Counted from the stretch's first letter, positions 11,701 through 29,348 are shown. The stretch: DNA of 64,000 nucleotides from Dimorphilus gyrociliatus (GCA_904063045.1 CAJFCJ010000016.1:62001-126000), one strand, 5' to 3'. The notes: generated by a model not told the origin, from the sequence alone. Numbers and translations are program-made.

Positions 11701-14700
11701 GCTGGTAGAATTGCCAGAGCTGTCTTTGAAATAGCTTTAAAAAAAGGTATGGCGATTATGTCTGGACGTCTATTAAACGTTTGTAAATTAATTGAAAGGC
11801 GTTTATGGCCAAACGAACATCCACTTTATCAATTCGGCAATACGATATCTTTCGATATTTTACGTAAGCTACAACCATCTCTAACGGATCCTAGAAAGAG
11901 AGGAAATGATTTGTCATTAATCAAACTAAAAGAGATGGATTCTAAAGAGATAGGACTATTTATTCGACATCCGAAAATGGGTAGTACAGTCAAATCTTGC
12001 GCGCATCAAATTCCCATGCTGGATATAGAGACGACTATCCAACCTATTACTAGAACAGTCTTAAGAGTAAGATTGCTGATAAAACCTGATTTTCGATGGG
12101 AGGATAGAGTGCATGGAAATGGTTCGGAAATATTTTGGATTTGGGTAGAAGATCCGGAAACAGATCATATCTATCATGTGGAAAATTATCTAGTGAGTAA
12201 GAAGCAAGCGAAAACAAGGGAGGAGCAAACTCTTGTATTCACCATACCGATTAATCAGGATCCTCTACCAAGTCAATACGTTCTTAGATGCATATCGGAT
12301 AGATGGCTCGGCTCTGATAATAGTCAAGCTGTGTCCTTTAAACATCTAATCTTACCAGATCATCATTTACCTCACACAGCTCTACTGGATTTGCACCCAT
12401 TACCTAAGACAGTTTTAAAAGATAAAAATCTGGAGGCCTTATATCCATTTGACCATTTTAATCCTATTCAAACACAAGTATTCCATCCAGTATATCATAC
12501 CGATTGTAACGTTCTACTTGGAGCTCCAACAGGAAGTGGAAAAACAATAGTAGCCGAATTAGCTATGTTTAGAGTATTCAGAGAATATCCAAACGCTAAA
12601 GTAAAACTTTGATTTATAATAAGAATATTGATAAAATTAATTATCTTTTGTGTAATATTTTTAGTGCGTTTATATTGCTCCTCTGAAGGCTTTAGTTCGG
12701 GAAAGAGTTGACGACTGGAAGATAAGACTACAAGAAAAATTAGGAAAAAAGTAAGAAAGATAAAATTTTAAATGAACAAATTTGAATAATCCTTACAATT
12801 CACGTTCTTTCAGTGTTGTTGAATTAACTGGAGATGTTGCACCAGATATGAAGTCGGTAGCTAATGCCGATGTAATAGTAACTACACCCGAAAAATGGGA
12901 CGGTATATCTAGAAGTTGGCAAACTAGATCTTATGTTAAATCTGTTAGGCTATTAGTTATTGATGAAATTCATTTACTTGGTAATTTAATTAGTTAACAT
13001 AGTATATGTTATATAAATTAAATATTTGTCGTTTAGGTGATGACAGAGGTCCCGTGTTGGAAGTTATCGTCTCAAGAACCAATTTTATTTCTTCCCATAC
13101 CGACTACAAAGTTCGTGTTGTTGGATTATCGACGGCACTAGCAAATGCCCGAGATTTAGCTGATTGGTTAGGTATTAAAACAGTAAGTAGAATCTTAAAT
13201 AAATGTTGAAATTAAATCATTTTTTAACATTAATATACTAATAATAAATGTTGAAATTTTAGATAGGACTCTTTAACTTTCGACCATCTGTTCGACCAGT
13301 TCCATTAGAAGCTCATATACACGGATTTCCGGGCAAGCATTACTGTCCAAGAATGGCCACTATGAATAAACCTGCTTTTCAAGGTATCATTTCTAAAAGA
13401 ATTATAATAAAATGTATTTATTTTATGCAAACTTCAGGAATTAAATTACATTCACCTGAGAAGCCTGTCTTGATATTCGTTTCAAGTAGAAGACAAACTC
13501 GTCTAACTGCACTTGACCTAATCTCTTTCTTAGCTGCCGATGATAATCCTCAACAGTGGTTGAATATGCCCGAGAATGAGGTTAGTATTCGTATTTGCAA
13601 TATAGTTTTTACCTACCGAAATGAGGCTGTAAATGAAAATTTTTCTTTATTTATTAATAGATGGAAAATCTAATTTCTGGTGTTAAAGAGCAAACTTTAA
13701 AGTTAACTCTATCCTATGGAATAGGTCTTCACCACGCAGGTTTAGTTGAAAGAGATAGAAAAACTGTAGAAGAATTATTTGTTAATCAAAAAATTCAAGT
13801 TTGTTGTCAATTTTTATCTTGAATTCGTTATTTATTAAAACAAATTCAATAGTTTAATTTATCATTGTTTTTTAGATTCTAATAGCGACTTCAACATTGG
13901 CATGGGGCGTTAATTTTCCAGCACATTTAGTTATTATTAAAGGAACAGAATACTTTGATGGAAAACAAAAACGATATGTTGACTTTCCGATAACAGGTAG
14001 TAAAGAATATTGTTACAATATAAATATATATATATATATATAACTATAAATGGAGCGCATTATAATATATACAGTATATTTTTTTCTTTATTCTCTTTAG
14101 ATGTTCTACAAATGATGGGTAGAGCTGGCCGTCCTCAGTTCGATAACGAAGGAAAAGCTTTAATATTCGTTCACGATCAAAAGAAACATTTCTACAAGAA
14201 ATTTTTATACGAACCGTTTCCTGTAGAATCAAAGTAAATATTTTATAGAAAGCTTATTTTTGCCCTCATTCCATTCAGTAACAAATTCTTATCAAAAAAT
14301 GTTTTTCATTAGCCTATTAGCGGTGCTACCGGAGCATTTAAACGCTGAAATTGTAGCGGGAACTATTCAATCAAAGCAAGAAGCTATGGATTATATTACA
14401 TGGACCTATTTCTTTAGACGATTAATTATTAATCCTAGTTATTACGATCTTGAAGATACGGATCACGGCACGCTTAACGTCTATTTATCAAAATTAGTCG
14501 AAAAGTGTATTCAAGAATTAGCATTAGCCGGTTGTGTAACAATCACTGAAGTTAGTAATTATACAATTAAATCTAAATAAATTATACTACTTTTTATTGC
14601 TGTTCACCCAGGATGGTTTAGGTTTACAGCCAACGGACTCTTCGCGTATAGCTTCATACTATTATCTTAGTCATTTTACAATGAAAATGTTTGATGAAAA

Positions 14701-16072
14701 GCTCAACTCCAATTGTGAATTAGAAGATCTGATTGAAATTTTATCAAATTGTCAAGAATACGCCGAACTTCCTGTTAGACATAATGAAGATAAGTTAAAT
14801 AGCGATTTAGCTCAGGATCTGCCTATCTCACTAGCATCCCATGCAATGGATAGTTCACATACAAAAGCCCATTTACTACTTCAAGTAAAGAAACAGATCA
14901 AATTTTATCTTATATCTTTCTTTGTGAAGCTAATATTTTTTCTTCCCTCCTCAATCTAGGCCCATTTTAGTCATGCAAATCTACCTTGTTCCGATTACGC
15001 TACCGACACGAAATCTGTTATGGATCAAGCTATAAGAATTCTACAAGCTATGTTAGATACTTGCGCCGGCCAAGGATGGCTCGTAACTTCGATAAGAATT
15101 ATCAATTTAATTCAAATGATCATTCAAGCCAGATGGTTAAACGATTCAACATTATTGGTTCTTCCTCATATTGATAGTCGTATTTTGCCAAAGCTTGCAA
15201 TGTTGAAAAATTGTCACGTGAGATGTTTACCCGAACTTATGCATTACGTTGAGAGAAATGGAAAGAGTGCTGTATATGACGCGCTTAGAGACGATTTAGG
15301 AAGACCAGCTATCGATGATGTTAGTATATATATATATATATATATATAAATTTACATACAGTATATACTGTCTATTTTTTATTATATATAGTAATTCTAA
15401 CATTTGTTTTCTCCTAAAAAGATATTCAAAGCTTTAGGTTCCTATCCTAAAATTGATGTCATCATGTCGGTAAAAGGAATATTGAACGATGGCTTATTAA
15501 GAGATAAACGAATTGAAAATATGCACGGTCAGTTGAATGGTTATCAAAAAAATATTTTTATAGACCATTAACTTTTTCCTTTCGAGTAGAAAGTGGACCA
15601 AATGTTTCGGACAAGAAATGGTTACAAGTTTCATCGGATACCGAATATACATTAAATTTATCACTTATCAGTTTAAATATGAGAAGGGTTTGTATTGATA
15701 TTTAATTTGTATTTTACTAATCTAATTTATAGCCATGAAAAATGCTCTGATTAACGATCAATCTTTCAGAGAAAGGAAAATAAAGCTTTTGCCCCGTTCT
15801 TCCCTAAACCAAAGGACGAAGGTTGGATAATTATTATTGGAGACGTCGATAAAAAAGAGCTAGTTGCCTTAAAGAGAGTAAACTCCCTCAAGGGAAAGGA
15901 AACTAAAACTAGCATTGTGTTTTACACACCAGAAGATTGCGGTAGAGTGATATACAGCGTTTATGTACTAAGCGATGCGTATCTTGGCCTTGATCAGCAA
16001 TATGATTTACACTTGGAAGTTCAAGATATAAGTAACAAACCGAATGATGACTATGACGAAGAAGAATTATAA
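5768..16072 (+). CDS. ASCC3: Activating signal cointegrator 1 complex subunit 3 (tandem Ski2-like helicase-Sec63 cassettes)
   Basis: N-terminus [13 protein letters not shown] resembles ASCC3 MALPRLTGALRSF. Two helicase cassettes ([12 protein letters not shown] and [12 protein letters not shown]), [12 protein letters not shown] and [12 protein letters not shown], Sec63 regions. Many short GT-AG introns; stop TAA 16070-16072. Confidence 0.96.
8865..10541 (-). CDS. Nested antisense 3-exon type II membrane glycosyltransferase-like protein (about 511 aa) inside an ASCC3 intron
   Basis: Exons 10541-10422, 10345-9527 and 9461-8865, joined by phase-0 GT-AG introns (CAG|GTGAAT...TTTCAG; AAC|GTAAGC...TTCTTAG). 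Basic N-tail plus TM ([22 protein letters not shown]), GT-A-like domain ([14 protein letters not shown]), and a second domain (GALRNAQL...FPEW...RNATSRL). Confidence 0.8.
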
Positions 16073-16496
16073 GTGATACTTTTTCACCCTTTGAAGAAAA
16101 AACGATTAATAGGAAATTATGATTATTTTCTAAAAACAAACCAATAGAACTTTTTATGTCGTATTTAAATATTTATTAATCACTAAGCTCTCTTTAAAAA
16201 TGAATAATAGTTTGTTTATTCTTTCTATAATAATCTTATTTCTTCATTGTAACATCTGAATAAAACAACTAAAGTCTTAGTTAATTTATTGATGTATTTA
16301 TATATAATAGGTACTATGCAACTCAATAAGAAAAAAAATTAGATGTATAAACAGTATTAAGTAAGCATTTAGCAACAGTCCTAGATCATTAACAAATTCG
16401 ATAACGTCATAGAGCCTTTTTTTAGTCTTAATACCAATCTTCTTTATATGTATTTTTCTTTTTGTATATTTGTAATGCTTTTTCAACCAATCTACA

Positions 16497-16888
16497 CTAA
16501 TAGTTCAATTCGGCTAAATTCCTCATCCTTTTCACTCTCGTTCCTCCGTTAATTCCCGTACTAACAACGTAAATTGAACAATTTGGAAACATCTCATTGT
16601 CGAAATTCTAAATATATAAGATTTATTATTAATTATTAAAAAAATACAATGAATTAAGATTCTGTTTACTTGAGGATGAGTAGCTGCATACTTGAATATT
16701 AGGAGAACGAAACAAATGATCATTATTCCACCTGTTACGTAATAGACGATTTCATCTGTTGAAAGACGAATTTGATAATTTTTTCTATTATCCTGTTGAA
16801 CTTTTTTCCATTCGGCTCCGGAAGAAAATCGTTGACCGATACTTAAAAAAGTACAAGCTATAAATAGAAGCTTAATTGAACGACCCAT
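16497..16888 (-). CDS. Small orphan single-pass membrane protein (about 109 aa)
   Basis: ATG 16888, signal-peptide-like start and TM (IVYYVTGGIMIICFVLLIF). CAA|GTAAAC donor and TTTAG acceptor give a second exon NFDNEMFPNCSIYVVSTGINGGTRVKRMRNLAELNY* (stop 16497-16499). Confidence 0.6.
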
Positions 16889-17646
16889 GTTATTTTCAAT
16901 ACAACAATTAAGGTTTTCAACCTGTAATAATTTGAATAATAATTAGTTTAAATATTATAATTATGCATTTATTAATAATATATTCAATAATGAAACAAAC
17001 AAAAAAGAACTATTTGTTTATACTTTGTAAAATTTTCAGTTCGTCTCCTCCAAATACCCAAGTAATGTGACGAGTTTATCTCTAACATGACTTTTTTTTA
17101 ATTAAAAACCTTCCAAAATAGAACTCAAAAGCCTCAAATAAAAAAAGAAAGCAGTTGGGTGAGTTTCTTCCCAGTTTTTCTCTCTTGTTTCTTTTTTTTT
17201 AACCATACGCCTAATTCTAACTTATTTAATATATAATATAAAGATACAAGTATATTTATTTTTCGATTACAGTATTAGAATATATTAATTATTAATGATT
17301 AAATAGAAAAGCAGGTGTTTTTGTTTTTTTTGGGGAGGGGGCGTCTATATATAAACATTCTCATTAAAGGGTGTTGTTATTATAACTGAATTCAAAAAGT
17401 TTCGTAAAATTAACGATAGATGGCGTGATTTTAACAGTTTCCATTGGTAAAATTGTCTCGAAAAAAACATTCATTATGGCTGACTAAGAAATTTTTAAGC
17501 GAAGTGTGTTATAAGAAGTCTGTCAAACCAGATACTGTTTTTTATATTTTCCAAGCTCAAATGATATATTCTTATCTATAAAATAAGTATGACGCTTTGT
17601 TATTTGCTGACTTTTACAGTTATTATAGTTATATATTAAAATAGAG

Positions 17647-20570
<2,924 letters not shown>

Positions 20571-20688
20571 TACAAATCCGAATCTACACTATAAAGAAAC
20601 ATGCTAAAAAGTAGAAAAAAAATAGATATTTTAATTTTTAAAAGTAGAAAGAGATTTATTGTAAAAGCACTCATTTTGCAAGAAAGAA

Positions 20689-20893
20689 AGAGAGAGAGAG
20701 AGAGAGAAAAAGGACAATAATTAAAAAGTATTGGAAAGAATGATTTAAGAAAAACAAAACAAAAAATTATCTGTTTTCTATTTAACCTGCAGGTCAAACC
20801 TTTTTACTGTCTCTTAGAATAAATTTTTATTTTTTCCCCCGATCTCTTCCTTTTTTTGTGTTCTTATTATATTATTATTATTATTATTATTAT
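20689..20893. repeat. (AG)9 at 20689-20706 and (TTA)n at about 20870-20893 in the RSPRY1 3' region
   Basis: Direct reading. Confidence 0.85.
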
Positions 20894-21533
20894 ATTAATT
20901 GGTAATTTCACAAAATATGTCCATGTTTAATGACTATTTACAATAAATTTCTATATACGATGTATAAAATATATATATACAGTATATATATACAGTATAT
21001 GCTCATACAAACTATATTTAGAATATATCCTTTTTGAAATATTTATACCTATAGTAGAAAGACTGTGTAATTTATTTATCTATCAGCTTAAACTTTTAAC
21101 AAGAAGATACTTTTTCTTCTCATTTATCCTTAATCCTATAGCTCCTGTTAAATCCGACTTTTGAGATTTCGTTGTCTTTCGCTGTTGGAATAAATCAATT
21201 AAAATTAAATTAACGAATGAAATCTCATTCCTTTACTTTTAAAGTCAGGATTCCTTCATTTGTTCTTTATTGACAAACTTTACAACTAGTCGTTCTTCTA
21301 TCTCTTCCTTAAGTACTCTTAAAAGAAAATATATCAGATATATCATTTCCCTCACTTTTTTTTAAAAAAAAGGAATTAATTTATTGAACATTAAATTAAA
21401 AAAACGATAATAATGTGATGTAAATTAGCTAATCAACAAGCTTACTACAAAATTCGAACTAAGTAACATTATACAGCATATTAATATATCGATACAACTT
21501 CAAAGTGGAGAAGAATTTTGTTTCGAGTAGAGT

Positions 21534-24500
21534 TTATTGTCTAGATTGCAATTGAGAAATTCGAGATCGAATATTTTCGTACAGCTGCTTGTTTGTCGTT
21601 GCACTAACCCCTCCCAATCGTTCTAATACTTGAATATCCTTATTCTGAGCTGCCAAATCAATAGCCTCTTCAACTTTTCTGTTTGTATTTGGTTATTATT
21701 AGATATATAGAAATGATGAAATAAAAAAAAAAGAAGCTATATTTAAATTGCAAGTTTTAATAATAAAGTTAAAAGTATGAATAAATTAAAAAAAGAGTAT
21801 ACATACCCTATTTCAAATAATAATCTAGGTCTATCTTCAACTGGTACCTTTACTACGTACTTCTCAGCTATGTCTAATTTATTATACTTGATACACATTT
21901 CCACGAAATGCTAGAAAAAGAACCATTTAACAAGCGTTTAATCATTAATGCCATTAAATATAGCCAAAAAATTAATATAATACGGTATATGTATATTGTT
22001 TATATCAACCTCATAGCCTATCGGACTTTTTTTGGCTTTACCAAAATCTTCAAGTTCGCTCCATCTATCGGATTCGGCTAATGCTTCCACTTTAATGTAG
22101 TAATAAGATTTCTCCGAAATTTTAAAATCTTTCTTTAGCTGATCGGCCAACTTAAAACGACCTTCACCAATCAATTTCGTAATTGTTTGGTTTAATGATA
22201 AATCGATATATGACTGTGAGAAATCAACTTCCAATCTCTTCTGCTGTTCTAAAAGCTTAACTTGATCTTCGGTTTGCTTCAAAAAAGAAAAATTAATATA
22301 AATATATTATACAATTGAAGATTTTTAAGGGAAACAAATACCTTAGCTAACCAATCACATCTGGCTTTCTGGAAACATCTCGCAGCTTCCTTCAAATTAT
22401 CTATACGATTCGTAAAGGTCTAAAAAAGAAAAATAATAATGTTTAAAGTGTAAAATATAAATATTTTTGTTTATCAATAACACCTCATTTTCGTAACTAT
22501 CCATAATTAAATGCTGTCCCATTAACATAAAATTATCTTGCATTGAATATAAATCTTTTAATATTCCTCTATTGTTTTGCCTGCAATACTACAAATAGAA
22601 ATTAATGAAAATAAAAATTAATTAATAAAGTTGATAAATAAAAAAAGATTTAATTAATAATTAACTATATTACTTGTAAGTAATAATCGAAAGCTTGGGT
22701 ATTTTTTTGAGTTAACATATGTAGAAAATCAACTTGAGCCATCGTATCTTTTAAATGTAATAGGGCTTGATAAATCAAATCGACATCTCCACTTTCAATT
22801 GCTTTAGAGAGAGCAGTTTCGTTTCTTTGCATTTTTAAAAGCATTGGAACCTATTATTAATTATTTAAAATATTATAATTTGTTCAGTTTATTTTTGTAA
22901 ATATTTTATTTGTATTTAATTTACTTGTTTTGAAGATCTGGGTTCAAATTCTAATAATCTAGCAGCCAAATCTCTCCTTTCCATCTTTAATGCTTTTTCA
23001 GCAATATGAGCGTAGGCCATATAGTTTGTTCCTAATTTACCAACAATACAATCGGCTATCACTTCGTCCGATTTATCCGATTGACTTATTTTAAAAGTAG
23101 CCCATTGACCAAAAATTCTTTCCCTCTCTTGATTCAATTTTAAAAATTCACAAATTTTTACAGCCAATGCAAAATGCTTTCTAAGTATTAGTCTATCTAA
23201 TACAACTGGTAAAGATAGATGCTTGAATTGTTTATAACTTATTCCTATGCCGATTTTAGGTGATCTTAATTCATTTAACACTCTTAACTCTTCACAAGCA
23301 GTTAAAAAATCAGTTGGATCAAATTCAGTTAGGAACGTTTTACCAAATGATGCGGCGTTTAGTAAAAGTTTTTGACATTTCGCCGAATCGTATTCTAAGG
23401 TGGCGCATTTTATACAATTTGCAACAGCTTCTGATAGTTTCTCTGTAATATTTCTTAAATATTCGTCTGCTTTTTGTGACATTAATGTAAATTGTTGATA
23501 GGCCTCTATTAATTGATTGTGGGCCTCCATTGTACCTAGAAGATAGGCTGTTTGAAGGACCGTCTCAACTTTGTGTAAGAATTCATGATCAAAGCTCGAT
23601 AGAATTCTCACCCCATCCAACTCAGCTGAGCAGTAAACAGGTTCCTCCAAACTATATCGAATCGGTTGAGAAGATGAAGAGGCTGTGTCAAACACCATCA
23701 TTTCATCAGTATAACAACATACTATTGCTCCAGTTCCACAAAACTCTAAATGTTTTGGCCTTGATCTCATATCAGTTCGAATTTCTCTATTTATTGTTTT
23801 GAAATCTTTTGTCCCTATCCATATTCCCCCATTGTCACCATAAACAGCAATAAGCTGTTGATTAAATGAGACAGCGATGTCAATAATAGATTCGAAGTCA
23901 TATTCTTTGACCAATTTTAATTGACCAGTTAAATCTAGAGTATATAGATTGGCATTCTTCGCAACTAAAACATTACAAGATCTTTCGGAAGTTATAACAT
24001 GCCATATAGGGGTTGAGCGCAGGTCAGAAATTTCAGCTAGCTGACGAATATTCATAGCTTCAACATTAGTTACAATAATAATTCTATAAAAGGAAGTCAT
24101 GACTGCCAGTCCAGTATTTGTTGAATACGTGAAAGTCTTTGCTTGAATTATCTATACATCGAGTGTTAAAAATGATATCTTAAGGCAACAATAACATTAG
24201 CTATAATTGTCTTACTCGTTGTTCTTTAGCAGTTTCTCCCATTCCGAAATGTTTTTGCATTTTTCCAAAAATATTATACACTAAAACTGTCCCTTCATCT
24301 TGAACACAGAGTAACTGTTCGGAAGTTGTCCATCCTATATGAATTACTTTTCCCGATGACCACTGAAAAGAGTCAACTTTTTAAACTATGAGCTTTTCGA
24401 TAGAAATATTCAACTGCTTAAACAAGAGAGAATAATATATTAGTATGTAAATAATATACTTACGGGAGTTTGAGCTAAAGTTTTACCAGCACTGTTGAAA

Positions 24501-24832
24501 ATGTATAGAATTGGCATGGATGTTGATGTTGTGGGAGGCCCCCTAGATACATCCCTTAGAAGGGCTAGAAACATGATTTAAAGGAAATTTTTAGCAAGAA
24601 ATTGAGCAAATTGACCTCTGTAACATACCAATTGGACCACCATAAGGTGCAATAGCAATTAAATATAATCCAAGATTGCTTTTATCCCAGCACATAGTGT
24701 ACATATTTCGTTTCCTATAGCGATAAAACAAGAATTAACCACAATAACAATCTATTTTGGGCTATCAAACAAAAGAAGGAAAGACCTATAATAATGATCC
24801 TCTAATCGGTCCCACTCTGTTGTAAACTCCAT
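21534..24832 (-). CDS. VPS16: Vacuolar protein sorting 16 (HOPS/CORVET)
   Basis: ATG 24832 ([17 protein letters not shown]), [44 protein letters not shown]-type region, KKSPIGY. Last exon ends RISQLQSRQ* (21534-21536). Confidence 0.94.
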
Positions 24833-25478
24833 TTTGCAAGAACTGAAAGGAATCTATTTGCTACTTTATATAAATCTATTTTTCGCCCACCAGATGGGAA
24901 TATTTTGCCTTTGAATTTTCCAGTAAAAACTGGTTAAACCGGGAAGATTTAAATGATAACTTTAACTTTATCATACTTTATTATCAACATATCCTTGAAT
25001 TATAATTTCGCGGTCAATAGACTACATTAAATACATGAGCCTAATAAAGAACATGATTTGGTATTCCGATCACTTGACAACTGTGCTCCATATGTATTTC
25101 ACTCTAACTTTCTAAGAACAAGGAAACAATCGAAATACTCATTTTTATATACAAACACAATTATCAGTAAAACACGATGCAAATTCCTTTAGTCATTTTT
25201 ACGCAACAAACCAGTTAATTACATTTTTTTCTAATATAAAGTTTCTGCGTCAAAAGTTGTATTCAGAAGTTTTAAGCTTAGATTTAGCAGTTTTTCTATG
25301 CATAATATTGATGTTAGTGTCCTTAATTATTGGTCCTTATTTGTCCTTTTATAACCACAAAATTTAAAAAACCACAAATCAAGCTAAAACAATCATGAAT
25401 GCAACAAAAAACGCAGAAATCGTAAATAACGTTCTTTCTTGTTTAATTATCTTGTTATAATTTTGTTGTAGTATGCAT

Positions 25479-26467
25479 CTAGAAAGCAAACAAGATGAGG
25501 AAGGCCATCATCAAGCAAAATAGACCCATAGCTTCGGACAAGGCGAAACCCAAGATGGCGTAGGAGAACAGTTGAGGCTTCAATGACGGATTTCTAGCAT
25601 AACCGATAACTAGCGAGCCGAAAACGGATCCGATACCGGCACCTAAATAAGAATAAAGATAAATTAGTTTGTGTTATATGCAAAAACTTCAGATTTTATA
25701 AAGAGGATTAATCAGATTATAAAGGTCCACATAGTACTTCAGAAGAACGAAAGTCAAATTTTAGGTTTTTCATCATTTAAAAAGCTATTAATGTCCGAAG
25801 CAGTCAAACTGATTACAGTTAGAAACCTCTAAGGTCAAAGTCTGGATCAAACCAATCATATTGCTTATGACATTCACCACTTATAGTGAATTTACTTTGA
25901 GGTGACATTGCCAAATTTTACAAAAATTTAGCTCCTCGGAATTATTAATAGCTATACAAGGATAGATAACTTGAAAATTACGGACCTGATCCAGCTGCTC
26001 CAACGGTAGCAGCTCCGGCTCCGATGTACTTAGCGGCTTGATCGATGTCTCTTTGGACGGTCGATGTTTGAATACATCTGACCTGTAAAAATGATTAATA
26101 TTATTTAAAAATACCATAAAAATTGTCTAATACACACCTGAGCCAAGTCGAGCTTTCCGTTGGCCGATTGAAATTGGACAACAGTGGCACCGAGGTTCGG
26201 TTTTAAGCATGATCTCAAGACCTATTAAAATCGTAAAATATTTTTAAAAATTTTCATTACCAATAGTTATAAAATGTTTATAATCAGCTTTATACAAGAA
26301 AATTTGGGAGTTTGGATAGCTACAATGGCGGTCATTGCAGTTGACATTGAAAAATGTCCGATGACGTTTAACATCGTTTTTTATGCAAAATAACTGATAT
26401 TATTCCGAAAAAAATGTATACATACCACGTTTCTTGCTAATGGGGCTAAACTCATGCAGGAATTCAT
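25479..26467 (-). CDS. ATP5MC: Mitochondrial ATP synthase subunit c (lipid-binding protein) precursor
   Basis: Four coding exons, missed by the ORF track: [14 protein letters not shown]|VLRSCLKPN...|[32 protein letters not shown]|[54 protein letters not shown]. Confidence 0.97.
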
Positions 26468-27067
26468 TGTTATTCAATTTTCCTATACGTCCTGGGAAAA
26501 ATTAATCTGAAAGATCAAATGAATTATTCCTCGATATAAAAAGAGTTAACAGATGAAAATCGTAAATACAACGCCTTGAAGCGTCTTTAATGTTTTTCAA
26601 TAAAAAGAATTTAAAAAATAAGCTCGAAAAGACAGATATTTACAGAGTTAAGCACGAGCTACAAACCTTTCTAACCGGCTCGAAGGACACGAATGCTCGA
26701 TTTACGCATGCGTTAATATGGCCGTCGTTAGCAGGTCACCCATTGGCTGACACGCTAAAAAGCATCTTTGACATAAACTGTGTCTACCCATATTTCGTAT
26801 CAGACAGCCAGAAATATCGAAAAATAAATAACGTAAGCTAGTACTTATTTTCAAATTAAATTATTGATATATTTAAAAAGTGTTAAAAAGCTTTACATAA
26901 TCTACTAATTTTCGTTTTAGAGTTGCTTATAAGTAGTGCGGCACCCTTAGAATTTTCGTTTTTACTAGAAAAATCTGGAAAGGAACACTGACAATTTATC
27001 AGATTGCCTATAAATATAACATTTTGTACGCGTGTATTACGGTTTAAACCAATCAACGTTCAGAGCT

Positions 27068-27075
27068 TGACGTCA
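27068..27075. promoter_or_regulatory. CRE/ATF site TGACGTCA with an upstream CCAAT box at the TMBIM6 promoter
   Basis: Perfect palindrome 40 nt upstream of the TMBIM6 ATG; CCAAT about 20 nt further upstream. Confidence 0.45.
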
Positions 27076-27114
27076 TTTTGTTTTAGAAGTACACAAGTCA
27101 CTGAAAAGAAAATC

Positions 27115-29348
27115 ATGGCTGATTTCCAAAAAAAGCTAGAAAATTTGACGAAATTTCATCATCTGTAAGTTTAATTCCCTGTCTTAATGTTAATATCATA
27201 TTACTGCATAGGCAGTACATGTTTTTAAGGGAAATCATTTGTTTATTCATTGACTTTTATAGTAAATTCATGAATATAATTATGAAGCGACTTTATTTCT
27301 CTTTATTACTTTCATAAACCTCATGTTGTCTATCAATATACAATTAAAGAATATAGATTTCTGAAAAACAGCAGATAATCATTTTTTTATGTCAACATTC
27401 CAGTTTCTTATTGTGTCAAAAAAAAATAATGATTATCCATTCGCTAACCACAACCTGAGGTTATAATAAAGTACTAAAAAGGTTTAAATCAATGTTTTTA
27501 TTTGCCTATTTATTGTTGTGTAGGTCAAACCTCGATTTATTAAGAGATTTTTTTAAAATATAATATGAAATAATAAAATCCATCACTAAAGTTTTAAATT
27601 TTACAGATCAAAATCCGTTAAAGAACATTTGAAATGTGTCTACGGAACTTTAGCCATCGGAATGGCTCTTGCGGCAGCTGGTGCATATGTTCACATATTC
27701 ACAGCTCTGCTAAGGGTATCTTGAATATTGTTTTATCTCTACCAGTATCTCTTTACATTTTAATATCATTTTCAGAATGGATTTTTGACTTTAATAGCTT
27801 CGATTGCCTGTTTGTTCGCCCTGTACAGCACACCACATAACAGAACAACTGAAAAGAGGCGTTTAGCCTATTTTGGTGGATTCACTTTTTGTGCCGGTAT
27901 TTCTCTTGGTCCTCTCCTTGAAAGATTGATCATGATAGATCCAAGGTAATTTATTTTCCTTCTTTTTTTCTAATTTATTATGAAAAATGGCTTTTCTGGT
28001 TTAAAAGCGTGACATGTTGATGATATACATGAAGTCTCAGATACATATTGTAAAACAGTATTGATTGTCTCATGAAAATATGTTTAATTATTCTCAATTC
28101 CAATTTAAAGAGCTCTTTAGATTGATTAACATGTTTTTCTATTTATTTTTTCTCCGTCCTAATAGAAAAATTACCTACATTTAAAAATTAATAACTAAAA
28201 AATAGTTCATAATACTAGTAAATTTTCAGATAATTTATTCTATTGAAACTATATAATGATGCTTTAGGTTATTTATACAAAAAAAATTGAAATCTGTCAT
28301 GCAAATGCTACGTTTTCTGTGATGTCCCATTTTGTCCCATTTCCTTACGAAAGTCAACTGAAGGTCAACTTTCCCCCTTCTATCAACCTTACCATTTCTT
28401 TATCATTTTAGTGTTTGTTTCCTGAATACTTTTTCTTAACATACTGTATAGTAATGAGCTTCAACACGAAGCTTTTAAGAAACATAACATTAGCTATTTA
28501 ATAGGTATATAACAAGGTTTACCGTATTACAGATAATCGATTTCTTTGAAACTTAAAACAGACGACGAAATAATCATATCTATAATACTTCTATTTAGTT
28601 TTAATCAGTATAAAAAGATTGCTATATACAGTATGTAACATTCTTTGTCTTTAGATACGTTGAACCGTTTTGCTATTTGATATGTGAAAGACTTATCTTC
28701 TGTACTTAAAATATTAATATAAATATTTTTTCAGTATCATTACCACTGCTTTAACCGGAACGGCAATGATATTCATCTGCTTCTCTCTGTCTACCCTTTA
28801 CTCCAACAAACGACCAAGTTTATTCCTCGGAGGTAACCTTCTTAAATAAGATCATTCACAGTTAATAGCTTAACCTTCTCTGTTTAGGTCTTCTTTCGTC
28901 TGGTATATCTTGTCTACTAGTAGTTTCCCTCGCCAATATATTTTTCAGATCAAACCTAATATTCCAGGTAATAACACAACCGTTTTTGAAAGATGTACAT
29001 ACCTTATTTCTATATTTAAAATGTATCTTTTTTAACAAATCAACAGTTTGAATTGTATGTTGGATTCGGTATCTTTTGCCTTTTCGTAATATACGACACC
29101 CAAATGATCATTTACAAGCGTGAAAACGGTGATGATGATTACATCAAGTAAGATTTATTTCTATTTGAATATATACTGTATATATATATATATATATATT
29201 TGTTATGTTAATTATAAGTTCCTTCATGTATGTTTTTTTTTTCAGGCACAGTTTGGATTTGTTCATTGATATGATTGAGATTTTCCGCTATCTTGCTATA
29301 ATTCTTGGCAACAAAGAACAAGGAAAGAAGAAGAAGCGTGATGATTAG
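27115..29348 (+). CDS. TMBIM6: Bax inhibitor 1
   Basis: [17 protein letters not shown]|[36 protein letters not shown]-like [25 protein letters not shown], basic tail [12 protein letters not shown] (29346-29348). Confidence 0.94.

Noticed and set aside
27716-27775. Second U12 intron in TMBIM6 (GTATCTTG donor)
   Set aside because: Lacks the CC of GTATCCTT and a clear TCCTTRAC branch; ordinary 60-nt U2-like intron.
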